The notes beneath the pieces were generated by a model. That model saw only the letters and a list, made by a program, of their open reading frames with translations, ran no database searches and had not been told where the DNA came from. Below are positions 17,052 to 23,932 of a DNA stretch of 33,907 nt, piece after piece. The stretch is from NCBI GenBank assembly GCA_964478575.1, contig CAYZIU010000002.1, forward strand, positions 1-33,907. The letters are read 5' to 3'. Within the stretch, counting starts at the first letter, position 1. Every line of letters begins with the position of its first letter. The DNA comes from an uncultured Candidatus Saccharibacteria bacterium (lineage in GTDB: Bacteria; Patescibacteriota; Minisyncoccia; Phycocordibacterales; UBA9973). Made by a program: the position numbers and the translations under genes.

Positions 17052-17393
17052 TTAAAAATTACAATTTGATGCTGGGCCGTAGCCTGCATTTTCAGCGCTT
17101 TCTATATCTGAAAACCAGATTCTATTTTCTTCTTTTATTCGGTCTGCCGATTTACAGCCAACAGGATAATATTTTGTGCCACTTCGGCTGGCTAGGTACT
17201 TTCCGAGGGTTTTTCCATCAATTGTAAGGTCGCTATTTTGAATTGAATCGAGGGGAATGATATTTCCACTGATTAGGACCTCTGGACTAGAGATCGGCCT
17301 TTTGAGGGCAAAATAAGAGGCTAAAAGGCCAATACCTAGGCCTATAAATAGCCCAGATATAAGCTTTTTGTTTGTTTTTAAGGCTTTTTCCAT
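17052..17393 (-). CDS. Membrane-anchored small protein with a C-terminal Cys-containing module resembling the Ada N-terminal metal-binding motif
   Basis: N-terminal TM helix (LISGLFIGLGIGLLASYFAL). The C-terminus KYYPVGCKSADRIKEENRIWFSDIESAENAGYGPASNC matches a motif (Y..x.C...I...N..F.S..EA..AGY.P...C) that I recall from small secreted or membrane proteins. This is from memory only. Confidence 0.45.
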   Translation of the reverse strand: MEKALKTNKKLISGLFIGLGIGLLASYFALKRPISSPEVLISGNIIPLDSIQNSDLTIDGKTLGKYLASRSGTKYYPVGCKSADRIKEENRIWFSDIESAENAGYGPASNCNF

Positions 17394-17421
17394 ATATCTA
17401 GAATTTCCTCTTTTTTACCCC

Positions 17422-17450
17422 TTGCAAAACAAGGGATTTTCCTGTATATT
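17422..17450 (+). promoter_or_regulatory. Putative rpmA promoter (TTGCAA-17 nt-TATATT)
   Basis: TTGCAA at 17422-17427, a 17-nt spacer, then TATATT at 17445-17450. The ATG at 17483 has no SD in between. Confidence 0.4.
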
Positions 17451-17482
17451 ACTAGGACTTAAATTAATTATATCATTTTTGT

Positions 17483-17755
17483 ATGGCACATAGAAAAGCC
17501 GGTGGAACAGCTTCAAACCTTAAAGATTCAAACCCAAAGTATCTTGGGGTTAAGAAATATGACGGAGAAGCTGTAATAGCTGGGAACATTATAATAAGAC
17601 AAAGAGGATCTAGATACCTAGCGGGTAAGGGTGTTCGTCTTGGAAAGGACCACACTGTATACGCTGTTGTTGACGGAAAAGTTAAATTCACAAATGCACG
17701 AAAGATAAACTTTGATGGAACAACTTCTGTAAAGAAAAAAGTTAACGTTCTCTAA
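17483..17755 (+). CDS. rpmA: 50S ribosomal protein L27
   Basis: [24 protein letters not shown]...[15 protein letters not shown] is typical of L27. Monocistronic and not linked to rplU. Confidence 0.95.
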   Translation: MAHRKAGGTASNLKDSNPKYLGVKKYDGEAVIAGNIIIRQRGSRYLAGKGVRLGKDHTVYAVVDGKVKFTNARKINFDGTTSVKKKVNVL

Positions 17756-17760
17756 TTAAC

Positions 17761-17792
17761 AAAAATCCCCGACCAAAAGTCGGGGTTTTTTG
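17761..17792. terminator. Bidirectional rho-independent terminator (rpmA / rplI convergent)
   Basis: AAAAA, then stem CCCCGAC (17767-17773) / GTCGGGG (17779-17785) with a 5-nt loop, then TTTTTT. Confidence 0.8.
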
Positions 17793-17805
17793 TTTGCTGG
17801 GTTTT

Positions 17806-18252
17806 TTAGTCTACAATCTCTACAATCATTTTTACTTGGAAACCTTTTGCTTTTCCAGAAATTTTTATTTCGTGTTCACCTCTTGTTTTCAGGTGCTCAT
17901 CGAGCAGGATATTTTCTTCATGTAGTTCGATGCCATAAGCTGACTTTATTCCGTCTATAATATTTTCTTTTCTAACTTGAGCAAAAAGGTGTCCTTCTTT
18001 GTTTGACTTAGAATTTATTATTATCTTTTTACCAGCCAGGCTCTTTATTGTGTCTTCTTCTAGTTTTCCTGTTATAAATTTGTGCTGAGCTTTTTCCTCG
18101 ATCTCTTTCTTGATTCTGTTTGCGTCAGAACTACCTTCTTTGGCGGCTAGTTTCTTGGGGATTAGAAAATTAAGAGCGTATCCGTCTCCAACTTCTTTCG
18201 TTTCTCCCTTTCTTCCGATCTTTTGGATGTCTTTCAGTAGAGTTACTTTCAT
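17806..18252 (-). CDS. rplI: 50S ribosomal protein L9
   Basis: MKVTLLKDIQKIGRKGETKEVGDGYALNFLIPKKLA is typical of L9. 148 aa. Confidence 0.95.
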   Translation of the reverse strand: MKVTLLKDIQKIGRKGETKEVGDGYALNFLIPKKLAAKEGSSDANRIKKEIEEKAQHKFITGKLEEDTIKSLAGKKIIINSKSNKEGHLFAQVRKENIIDGIKSAYGIELHEENILLDEHLKTRGEHEIKISGKAKGFQVKMIVEIVD

Positions 18253-18259
18253 CTGATTT

Positions 18260-19450
18260 TTAGTTATCTTTTAAAAACTTCACGGCGTCTTCCAGTTGAC
18301 TGTCTATCTCGCCGTTATCTTTTATATACTCTGATATTACGTCTGGTTCAAGTCCGGCTTCACTGAAAGAAGTTCCATTTGGTGTATACCATTTTGCAAC
18401 TGTTATTTTTATAGATGTTTCTGCAGAGACATCAATCAATTCTTGGACGGACCCTTTACCGAAAGTCGTCTTTCCAACAATTGTTGCAATATCGTAGTCC
18501 TTGAGAGCTCCAGCTAGAATCTCTGAAGCAGAGGCGCTTCCTTCGTCTACAAGTACTACCATTTGGAATTCTTTTCCTGCTAAGTCACCATAACCTCTAC
18601 TTCTGTAAAACTTTTCCTCATGGAGAGGTCCATATTTCTCACTAACAACCACTTCTCCTTTTGGAATAAAATAGCTTGCAATTGAAACTGCTGAGTCGAG
18701 ATATCCTCCAGGGTTTCCTCTCAAATCTATTATTAGATTTTTGTATTCAGAATTTTTTGCAAAGTTTTTTATTTCTCTTTCAAACTCCCCCGCGCTCCTC
18801 GCATTGAAATTGTAAAGAGAAATTATAAAAGTGTCACCATTTCTAACCTCTGTTTCTATTGTTGGAATGTTTATTGTGTCTCTCTTTATTTTAACTTCAT
18901 AAAACCCAAAAGAATCTTTTGGGTTTATTGTTAGGGTCACTTCAGTCCCCTTCTCCCCTCTTATTCTGTCTATAGCTTCTTCTACTGTCATCTTTTCTGT
19001 GGATTCTCCATTTATTTCCAAAATTCTGTCGCCAGATTTTAGTCCAGCTTTTTCAGCTGGAGATTCTTTCAAAGGAGAAACGACAGTTAGAACATCATTA
19101 ACTTTATCTATTTCTGCTCCTATTCCACTAAAGGTCCCACCAATTAGCTCTTGAAAATCATTTGATTCTTCGGGTGGATAAAAACTTGAATAAGGATCTC
19201 CACTTCCTGCAACAAGGCCTCCGATTGCCCCCCACAGTCTCTCTTCTGTTGTATAGTCTGCGCTGTCGGGGTATTTTTGGTCAATCAAATCCCAAACCTC
19301 CCAAAAGCTTTCTATGTTTGGCCTATTGTTTTCAGCAGCCCCGATCTCCTTAGTGTTTCCTACCAGAAATCCAACTGAAAACAAAACAAAGCCAAATATT
19401 ACAGCTGGAATTACTAAACTCTTATTATTTTTTTCTGGGGGTGTATCCAT
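18260..19450 (-). CDS. ctpA: Carboxy-terminal processing protease (peptidase S41)
   Basis: N-terminal TM, PDZ domain (GLKSGDRILEINGES) and S41 motifs DLRGNPGGYL, VDEGSASASEI and TFGKGSVQ. Confidence 0.9.
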   Translation of the reverse strand: MDTPPEKNNKSLVIPAVIFGFVLFSVGFLVGNTKEIGAAENNRPNIESFWEVWDLIDQKYPDSADYTTEERLWGAIGGLVAGSGDPYSSFYPPEESNDFQELIGGTFSGIGAEIDKVNDVLTVVSPLKESPAEKAGLKSGDRILEINGESTEKMTVEEAIDRIRGEKGTEVTLTINPKDSFGFYEVKIKRDTINIPTIETEVRNGDTFIISLYNFNARSAGEFEREIKNFAKNSEYKNLIIDLRGNPGGYLDSAVSIASYFIPKGEVVVSEKYGPLHEEKFYRSRGYGDLAGKEFQMVVLVDEGSASASEILAGALKDYDIATIVGKTTFGKGSVQELIDVSAETSIKITVAKWYTPNGTSFSEAGLEPDVISEYIKDNGEIDSQLEDAVKFLKDN

Positions 19451-19459
19451 TTGTTTTTA

Positions 19460-19468
19460 ATTATATCA
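19460..19468 (-). promoter_or_regulatory. Extended -10 box (TGATATAAT) upstream of ctpA
   Basis: Minus-strand TGATATAAT, whose TGA is the stop codon of the upstream gene. The ctpA ATG (19450) is 9 nt downstream with no SD. Confidence 0.4.
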
Positions 19469-20680
19469 CTCAGTTTCCTTCTTCAGTGCTCCCTCTGTGT
19501 AAGTGTTAGAAGGATCCCAAATCATCCAGCTGTCGATTCCTAGGTCGTCGAGTGCTGTTATCTGGGCCCTTACCATCTCTGCTGTATAAGTGGCTCCAAG
19601 ATTGAAGTCTTGTATCCAAGGACGAAGACTGTCCCTGGTTAATCCCATTGCCTCGGCTCTTGTTATTGCCGGTCCCATAGATAGTTTTATTACATCGTAT
19701 GGATGGTCTGCCGGGTTTGAAAAATTATTCCAACCATCTGGATAGTGTGAAGGATAAACCATTGGTGCAACGAAGTTGAAGTTTGCGAGTCCGTGTTCTA
19801 GTAGTTGTCCAATTCCAAGATCATCTTTGTTTGTTGTGACCATTCCGAAAAAATCGGCAGATATTGGAATGTCTTGTAAAGCAAATCTCATTTTTAGAAA
19901 CTCGAAATATCCACGCATAACTTCACTTTTGACTTTTCCTTCACTGTGAGGGAAATAAATGTCACGCATATTTCCGTCAGAAGGAAAACGAATGTAATCG
20001 TAATTTATTTCATCAAATCCTCTAGCGTAAGCCTCTTCTGCGATAAGGGCTGAGTATTCCCAAACCTCTTCTGCTCCAGCGTCTAACCAGCTTATTCCTT
20101 TGTCATCTTTCCAAACAAGATCTTTGTTGCTGGCTGTTTTCACCGCATATTCAGGGTGAGTTTTTGTCATGTGAGGATCTTGGAAGACGGCTACTCTACC
20201 AATTACATAAATATTTTTACTATGAAGCTCTTCAATTAGTTCATCAATATCAGAAATTCTTTTCTCGCTTGATCCATAAGCGAGTAGAGTCCCGTTTTTT
20301 GGAGTGAAAGATATTTTACCAGTGTAGTCTTTTACATCAATTACGAGAGCATTTACTTCAGTTTGTTCTACTAGAAGGATTACCTTGTCTCGGATGCTTT
20401 TTGTTCCAGCAACCCAGCTAGACATATAGATTGCTTTTACTGCTTCAGGAGTTTCTATATGAGAGACGACAATTTTTTCCTCTGGAATAACCGCTTCCTC
20501 TACTGACTTTTCTTTTATCTCGTCTCCCTGAGTATAGGATTCAGCTGTCATTTTTGGAATATAAAAATAAGCAAAAAGAGCTATCAACAAAGAAACAATT
20601 ATAGAAAAAACTATAATAGTGCTACCGCCCTTTCTGTTTAGAAAGCTATTTGTTATCTTCTTTATTTTTTCCAAAGACAT
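19466..20680 (-). CDS. Membrane-anchored putative glycoside hydrolase (DUF4015 / GH-like TIM-barrel type)
   Basis: N-terminal TM, then VKAIYMSSW...TEVNALVIDVKDYTGKISF and FDEINYDYIRFP, which resemble the putative glycosyl hydrolase domain family as I recall it. Confidence 0.55.
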   Translation of the reverse strand: MSLEKIKKITNSFLNRKGGSTIIVFSIIVSLLIALFAYFYIPKMTAESYTQGDEIKEKSVEEAVIPEEKIVVSHIETPEAVKAIYMSSWVAGTKSIRDKVILLVEQTEVNALVIDVKDYTGKISFTPKNGTLLAYGSSEKRISDIDELIEELHSKNIYVIGRVAVFQDPHMTKTHPEYAVKTASNKDLVWKDDKGISWLDAGAEEVWEYSALIAEEAYARGFDEINYDYIRFPSDGNMRDIYFPHSEGKVKSEVMRGYFEFLKMRFALQDIPISADFFGMVTTNKDDLGIGQLLEHGLANFNFVAPMVYPSHYPDGWNNFSNPADHPYDVIKLSMGPAITRAEAMGLTRDSLRPWIQDFNLGATYTAEMVRAQITALDDLGIDSWMIWDPSNTYTEGALKKETE

Positions 20681-20843
20681 GCCAGGTATTTTTCTTGTAA
20701 TTTCTTCTCATCATGTATGAATTAAAAATAAGGAATGCCCCGATGACTACAATAAAAAGATTTTTCCAAGAAGAAGGAAAACCGAGTATCGGCAATATAA
20801 CTAAAAATATTCCTAGAAGAAAAAATAATCTTGGCTTTTTCAT
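20646..20843 (-). CDS. Small two-TM membrane protein (hypothetical)
   Basis: 65 aa: MKKPRLFFLLGIFLVILPILGF...LFIVVIGAFLIFNSY followed by a basic tail. Same strand as its neighbours and overlaps the downstream gene by 35 nt. Confidence 0.4.
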   Translation of the reverse strand: MKKPRLFFLLGIFLVILPILGFPSSWKNLFIVVIGAFLIFNSYMMRRNYKKNTWHVFGKNKEDNK

Positions 20844-20881
20844 AAGTCTTATTATAACCCCCAGGATATTTTTTTCAAAAT

Positions 20882-21568
20882 TTATTGTTTTTTGATTATT
20901 ACAACGAATTCACCCTTCATTTTTTCTGGAGTATTTTTGAAAATATCTAGTAGTTCCTCAGCTGTTCCTTCTAAGAATTCTTCAAAATGTTTTGTGAGCT
21001 CGCGAGCCAGGATTATTTTCTTATTGTTGTTTACAGATTTTATCTCTAGCAGAAGTTTCTCTATTCTATGAGTTGATTCATAAAATATTACAGTCCTGTC
21101 CATATTTAAGGCTTCTTCGGTTTTTGTTTTTCGGCCCTTTTTGTGAGGCATGAACCCTAAGAATACAAACTCACTTGTATCAACCCCAGAGGCTGAGATC
21201 GCACTTATCAAAGCAGAAGCTCCAGGAATTGGAGATACTGTTTCGTGACCGAATTCTTCGATCACCTTTTTTATAAGCATTACCCCAGGATCAGAAATAC
21301 CAGGAGTTCCTGCATCTGTGATTAAGGCAAGACTTTCCCCTTTTTCTAATCGAGACAATATTTCATTCTCTTTATTTTCTCCACTGTGAGTGTGGTAACT
21401 TTTTCTTGGAGTATCTATTTCATAATACTTGAGAAGAATTCCAGAAGTTCTAGTGTCTTCGCAATAAACACAATCCACTTCTTTCAATATACGAATAGCC
21501 CGAAGCGTCATATCTTCAAGGTTTCCAATTGGAGTTGCAACAATATATAGTTTTCCAGAGTTCTGCAT
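20882..21568 (-). CDS. rsmI: 16S rRNA (cytidine1402-2'-O)-methyltransferase
   Basis: KLYIVATPIGNLEDMTLRAIRILKEVDCVYCEDTR and the tetrapyrrole-methylase fold pattern typical of RsmI. Confidence 0.9.
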   Translation of the reverse strand: MQNSGKLYIVATPIGNLEDMTLRAIRILKEVDCVYCEDTRTSGILLKYYEIDTPRKSYHTHSGENKENEILSRLEKGESLALITDAGTPGISDPGVMLIKKVIEEFGHETVSPIPGASALISAISASGVDTSEFVFLGFMPHKKGRKTKTEEALNMDRTVIFYESTHRIEKLLLEIKSVNNNKKIILARELTKHFEEFLEGTAEELLDIFKNTPEKMKGEFVVIIKKQ

Positions 21569-21572
21569 TTTG

Positions 21573-21644
21573 TGGGTGACATAGGAATCGGACCTATGAC
21601 CTCTGTCTTATCAGGACAGCGTTCTACCACTGAACTAGTCACCC
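21573..21644 (-). tRNA. tRNA-Ile (anticodon GAU), CCA not encoded
   Basis: The reverse complement GGGTGACTAGTTCAGTGGTAGAACGCTGTCCTGATAAGACAGAGGTCATAGGTCCGATTCCTATGTCACCCA folds into a perfect cloverleaf: 7-bp acceptor, 4-bp D, 5-bp anticodon and 5-bp T stems. Anticodon loop is CTGATAA. The T-loop TCCGATT deviates from the TTCGAAT consensus. Confidence 0.9.
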
Positions 21645-21654
21645 AAGTCCCTAG

Positions 21655-21683
21655 AATATACCAGAAGAATAAGGTTTTTTCAA
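21655..21683 (-). promoter_or_regulatory. Putative promoter of the tRNA-Ile/rsmI unit (TTGAAA-17 nt-TGG-extended TATATT)
   Basis: On the minus strand, TTGAAA is at 21683-21678, followed by a 17-nt spacer and TATATT at 21660-21655, preceded by TGG. The tRNA 5' end (21644) is 10 nt downstream. Confidence 0.5.
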
Positions 21684-21690
21684 GGGTTTA

Positions 21691-21718
21691 TTGCGTTTTA
21701 GTCTTATGGGTATATAAT
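21691..21718 (+). promoter_or_regulatory. Putative mazG promoter (TTGCGT-16 nt-TATAAT)
   Basis: TTGCGT at 21691-21696 and TATAAT at 21713-21718. Divergent from the tRNA promoter. Confidence 0.45.
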
Positions 21719-21727
21719 TTGTAAAAA

Positions 21728-22060
21728 TTGAAGATTATGTTAAATGAAGCACAAAAACAGGTTGATGCGTGGGTAAAACAATTCAAGATTGGATATTTTC
21801 CTATTCTGAATCAACATGCAGTTCTAACTGAAGAAGTTGGAGAATTGGCAAGAGAAATAAATCATAAGACCGGAGTAAAACTCAAAAAACCTGGTGAGAA
21901 AGAGAATTCTATATCTGATGAGTTAGCAGATATATTGTTTACAATTTTCTGTATTGCCAATACAGAAGGAATTGATCTTGATGAGGCGTTCAGAAAGACA
22001 ATGGATAAAAAATATGGTCGTGATAATGACCGATTTGAAAGAAAAGATTCTGATAAATAA
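21728..22060 (+). CDS. MazG-family nucleoside triphosphate pyrophosphohydrolase (small, single domain)
   Basis: TEEVGELAREI and ELADILFTIFCIANTEGIDLDEAF form the MazG EExxE/ExxD helix pair. The start is either TTG 21728 or ATG 21737. Confidence 0.8.
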   Translation: MKIMLNEAQKQVDAWVKQFKIGYFPILNQHAVLTEEVGELAREINHKTGVKLKKPGEKENSISDELADILFTIFCIANTEGIDLDEAFRKTMDKKYGRDNDRFERKDSDK

Positions 22061-22075
22061 TTAGTTGAGGTAAAC

Positions 22076-22105
22076 AAAAAGCCGGATTAAATCCCGGCGT
22101 TTTTT
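22076..22105. terminator. Bidirectional rho-independent terminator
   Basis: AAAAA, then stem GCCGG (22081-22085) / CCGGC (22094-22098), then TTTTTT. It overlaps the last codons of the minus-strand ORF. Confidence 0.6.
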
Positions 22106-22614
22106 AATGTATTCAAAATATCTTCTGTAATACGTTGGATGATCGGATTACGACCCAGATTTTCTAAAGTGTTTTCTTTGTACCAGGTTTTACCATTCTG
22201 ACATAAAGAAAATATCTTCACTTCTTCCTTTTTAGAAAAATTAATCACAACTGGTGGATGCCAGTTGTACCCAATTCTTTCCGCGAGCAAATACATGCTG
22301 TCATCTTTTCCAAGAGGACAAATTGAAATACTCATTCCTGTTTCGTTAGCCGTGAGTAAGCCAGTCACTCGTGGCCAATTTTTAATTGGCGTCAGAATGT
22401 TCTGTGTTGGATTTGATATTGTTAATATCAAATCATTCTTTTTAGGATCTGGGCTCGTGTCAATTGTTAAATTAATTTTTGTCGTTTTGGTTAACGACTT
22501 ATTAATTATAAGAAAATGTTCCGTAAGCACTTCCAGTGCTTTTTTTGCTGAATCAGATGTCCGCCAACCGATTGTTGGGTTAAGAAGGGTTGCTGTATTA
22601 TTCATAAAAAACAA
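22087..22614 (-). CDS. Hypothetical protein
   Basis: 175-aa ORF (TTG 22614 or ATG 22605) lying between prfA and a terminator on the same strand. An extended -10 TGGTATAGT is at 22631-22623. No recognisable domain. Confidence 0.5.
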   Translation of the reverse strand: MFFMNNTATLLNPTIGWRTSDSAKKALEVLTEHFLIINKSLTKTTKINLTIDTSPDPKKNDLILTISNPTQNILTPIKNWPRVTGLLTANETGMSISICPLGKDDSMYLLAERIGYNWHPPVVINFSKKEEVKIFSLCQNGKTWYKENTLENLGRNPIIQRITEDILNTLKNAGI

Positions 22615-22663
22615 TTTTTATGACTATACCAAATATTCAGCTTTTGTCAAAGCAGACTCTAGG

Positions 22664-23638
22664 TTATTCTTCGTCGCTATCCCCCACTTCTCCTCGTTCG
22701 ATGGCGTCTAGTATTTTTGTTATATTTCCAAGCATAATCCCAGGGATGTTGGACCAGGATTGTTTTATTCTATGATCGGTAATTCTGTCTTGTGGGAAGT
22801 TGTAAGTTCTTATTTTCTCACTTCTGTCCCCTGTCCCTATCTGGTTTTTTCTTTCATCAGAGAATTTCTTTGCCTCTTCCTCTTCTTTCATTTGCTGAAG
22901 CTTTGCCTGTAATATCTGCATTGCTCGCTCTCTATTTCCGAGCTGGGTTCTTTCAGATGTACAACGAACATCAATTCCTGTTGGTTTGTGTATTAGTCTT
23001 ACCGCTGTTTCAACTTTGTTAACATTCTGCCCTCCTGCTCCACCGCTCCGAGAATACTCCATGTCAATGTCAGCCGGATTTATTTCCATCTTTACTTTTT
23101 TGCGAATTGGAAGAACTGCAACAGATGATGTTGAAGTGTGGATCCTTCCATTTTTTTCTGTATCTGGAACTCTCTGAACTCGATGAACCCCTGTTTCGTA
23201 TCTTAGTCGTTTGTATACATCGATTCCTTTTATCTCAAAAACAGCTTCTTTGTATCCTCCAACATCACTTTCAGATTCAGAAAGTCTCTTTACTCCCCAA
23301 CCCATTTGGTTTGCATATCCGATGTACATTCCAGCAAGTTCAGCTGCAAAAAGTGAAGCCTCATCTCCTCCAGCTCCAGCTCTAACTTCAAGAAGTATCT
23401 CATTAGGAAATTCTTCTTCGGCCTTTTCACTTTCAAGAATTGCTTTTATTTGATCTCCAATTATTTTTTTAGTATTTTCTAGACTTGCGAGTTCTTCTTT
23501 TGCCATCTCGGCCATTTCAGCGTCTGTTTCAGAAAGCGTTCTAGTTTCTTCTATATTTTTAATAATCTTCTCAAGCTCGCTTGCTAGGTAGAAAGTTTTT
23601 GGATTCTCTTTTAATTCTTTTATGTTTAGTTCTTCCAT
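22664..23638 (-). CDS. prfA: Peptide chain release factor 1
   Basis: GGQ motif ([17 protein letters not shown]). The RF1-type decoding region [25 protein letters not shown] carries a PxT tripeptide, here PDT, with no SPF. 324 aa. Confidence 0.93.
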   Translation of the reverse strand: MEELNIKELKENPKTFYLASELEKIIKNIEETRTLSETDAEMAEMAKEELASLENTKKIIGDQIKAILESEKAEEEFPNEILLEVRAGAGGDEASLFAAELAGMYIGYANQMGWGVKRLSESESDVGGYKEAVFEIKGIDVYKRLRYETGVHRVQRVPDTEKNGRIHTSTSSVAVLPIRKKVKMEINPADIDMEYSRSGGAGGQNVNKVETAVRLIHKPTGIDVRCTSERTQLGNRERAMQILQAKLQQMKEEEEAKKFSDERKNQIGTGDRSEKIRTYNFPQDRITDHRIKQSWSNIPGIMLGNITKILDAIERGEVGDSDEE

Positions 23639-23656
23639 AAATTTAAATTAGGAAAT

Positions 23657-23679
23657 GAAAAAACGCCTTTACTTGGCGC
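23657..23679 (-). terminator. Weak rho-independent terminator after rpmE
   Basis: On the minus strand, GCGCC-AAGTAAA-GGCGT followed by TTTTT. The stem is only 5 bp and includes a terminal G-U. Confidence 0.4.
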
Positions 23680-23696
23680 TTTTTCGCTTTCAGTAG

Positions 23697-23909
23697 TTAA
23701 CTCTTTTTTGACGCTGCTTGTCGCTTCTTGAATCGGTCTACTCGTCCTGCTGTGTCTAGGGTCTTTTCTTTTCCTGTAAAGAATGGGTGACAATTGCTAC
23801 AAACTTCGTTTTTTATGTCTTCTTTTGTTGATCCAACAGTAAAAGACGCTCCGCAAGAGCAAGAAACCTTGGCTTTATCGTAATATGTTGGGTGTATGTC
23901 TGCTTTCAT
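23697..23909 (-). CDS. rpmE: 50S ribosomal protein L31 (Zn-binding type A)
   Basis: [10 protein letters not shown]...CSCG...[10 protein letters not shown] is typical of L31 with CxC and CxxC. Confidence 0.95.
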   Translation of the reverse strand: MKADIHPTYYDKAKVSCSCGASFTVGSTKEDIKNEVCSNCHPFFTGKEKTLDTAGRVDRFKKRQAASKKS

Positions 23910-23918
23910 TAGGTAAAT

Positions 23919-23927
23919 AATATAGCA
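23919..23927 (-). promoter_or_regulatory. Extended -10 box (TGCTATATT) upstream of rpmE
   Basis: Minus-strand TGCTATATT. The rpmE ATG (23909) is 9 nt downstream with no SD. Confidence 0.4.
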
Positions 23928-23932
23928 CAGGT

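Noticed and set aside
22664-23638. Programmed +1 frameshift of a release factor gene (the prfB type)
   Set aside because: The gene is RF1-type (PxT, no SPF) and is a single uninterrupted ORF. No internal in-frame stop or SD-like frameshift site is present.
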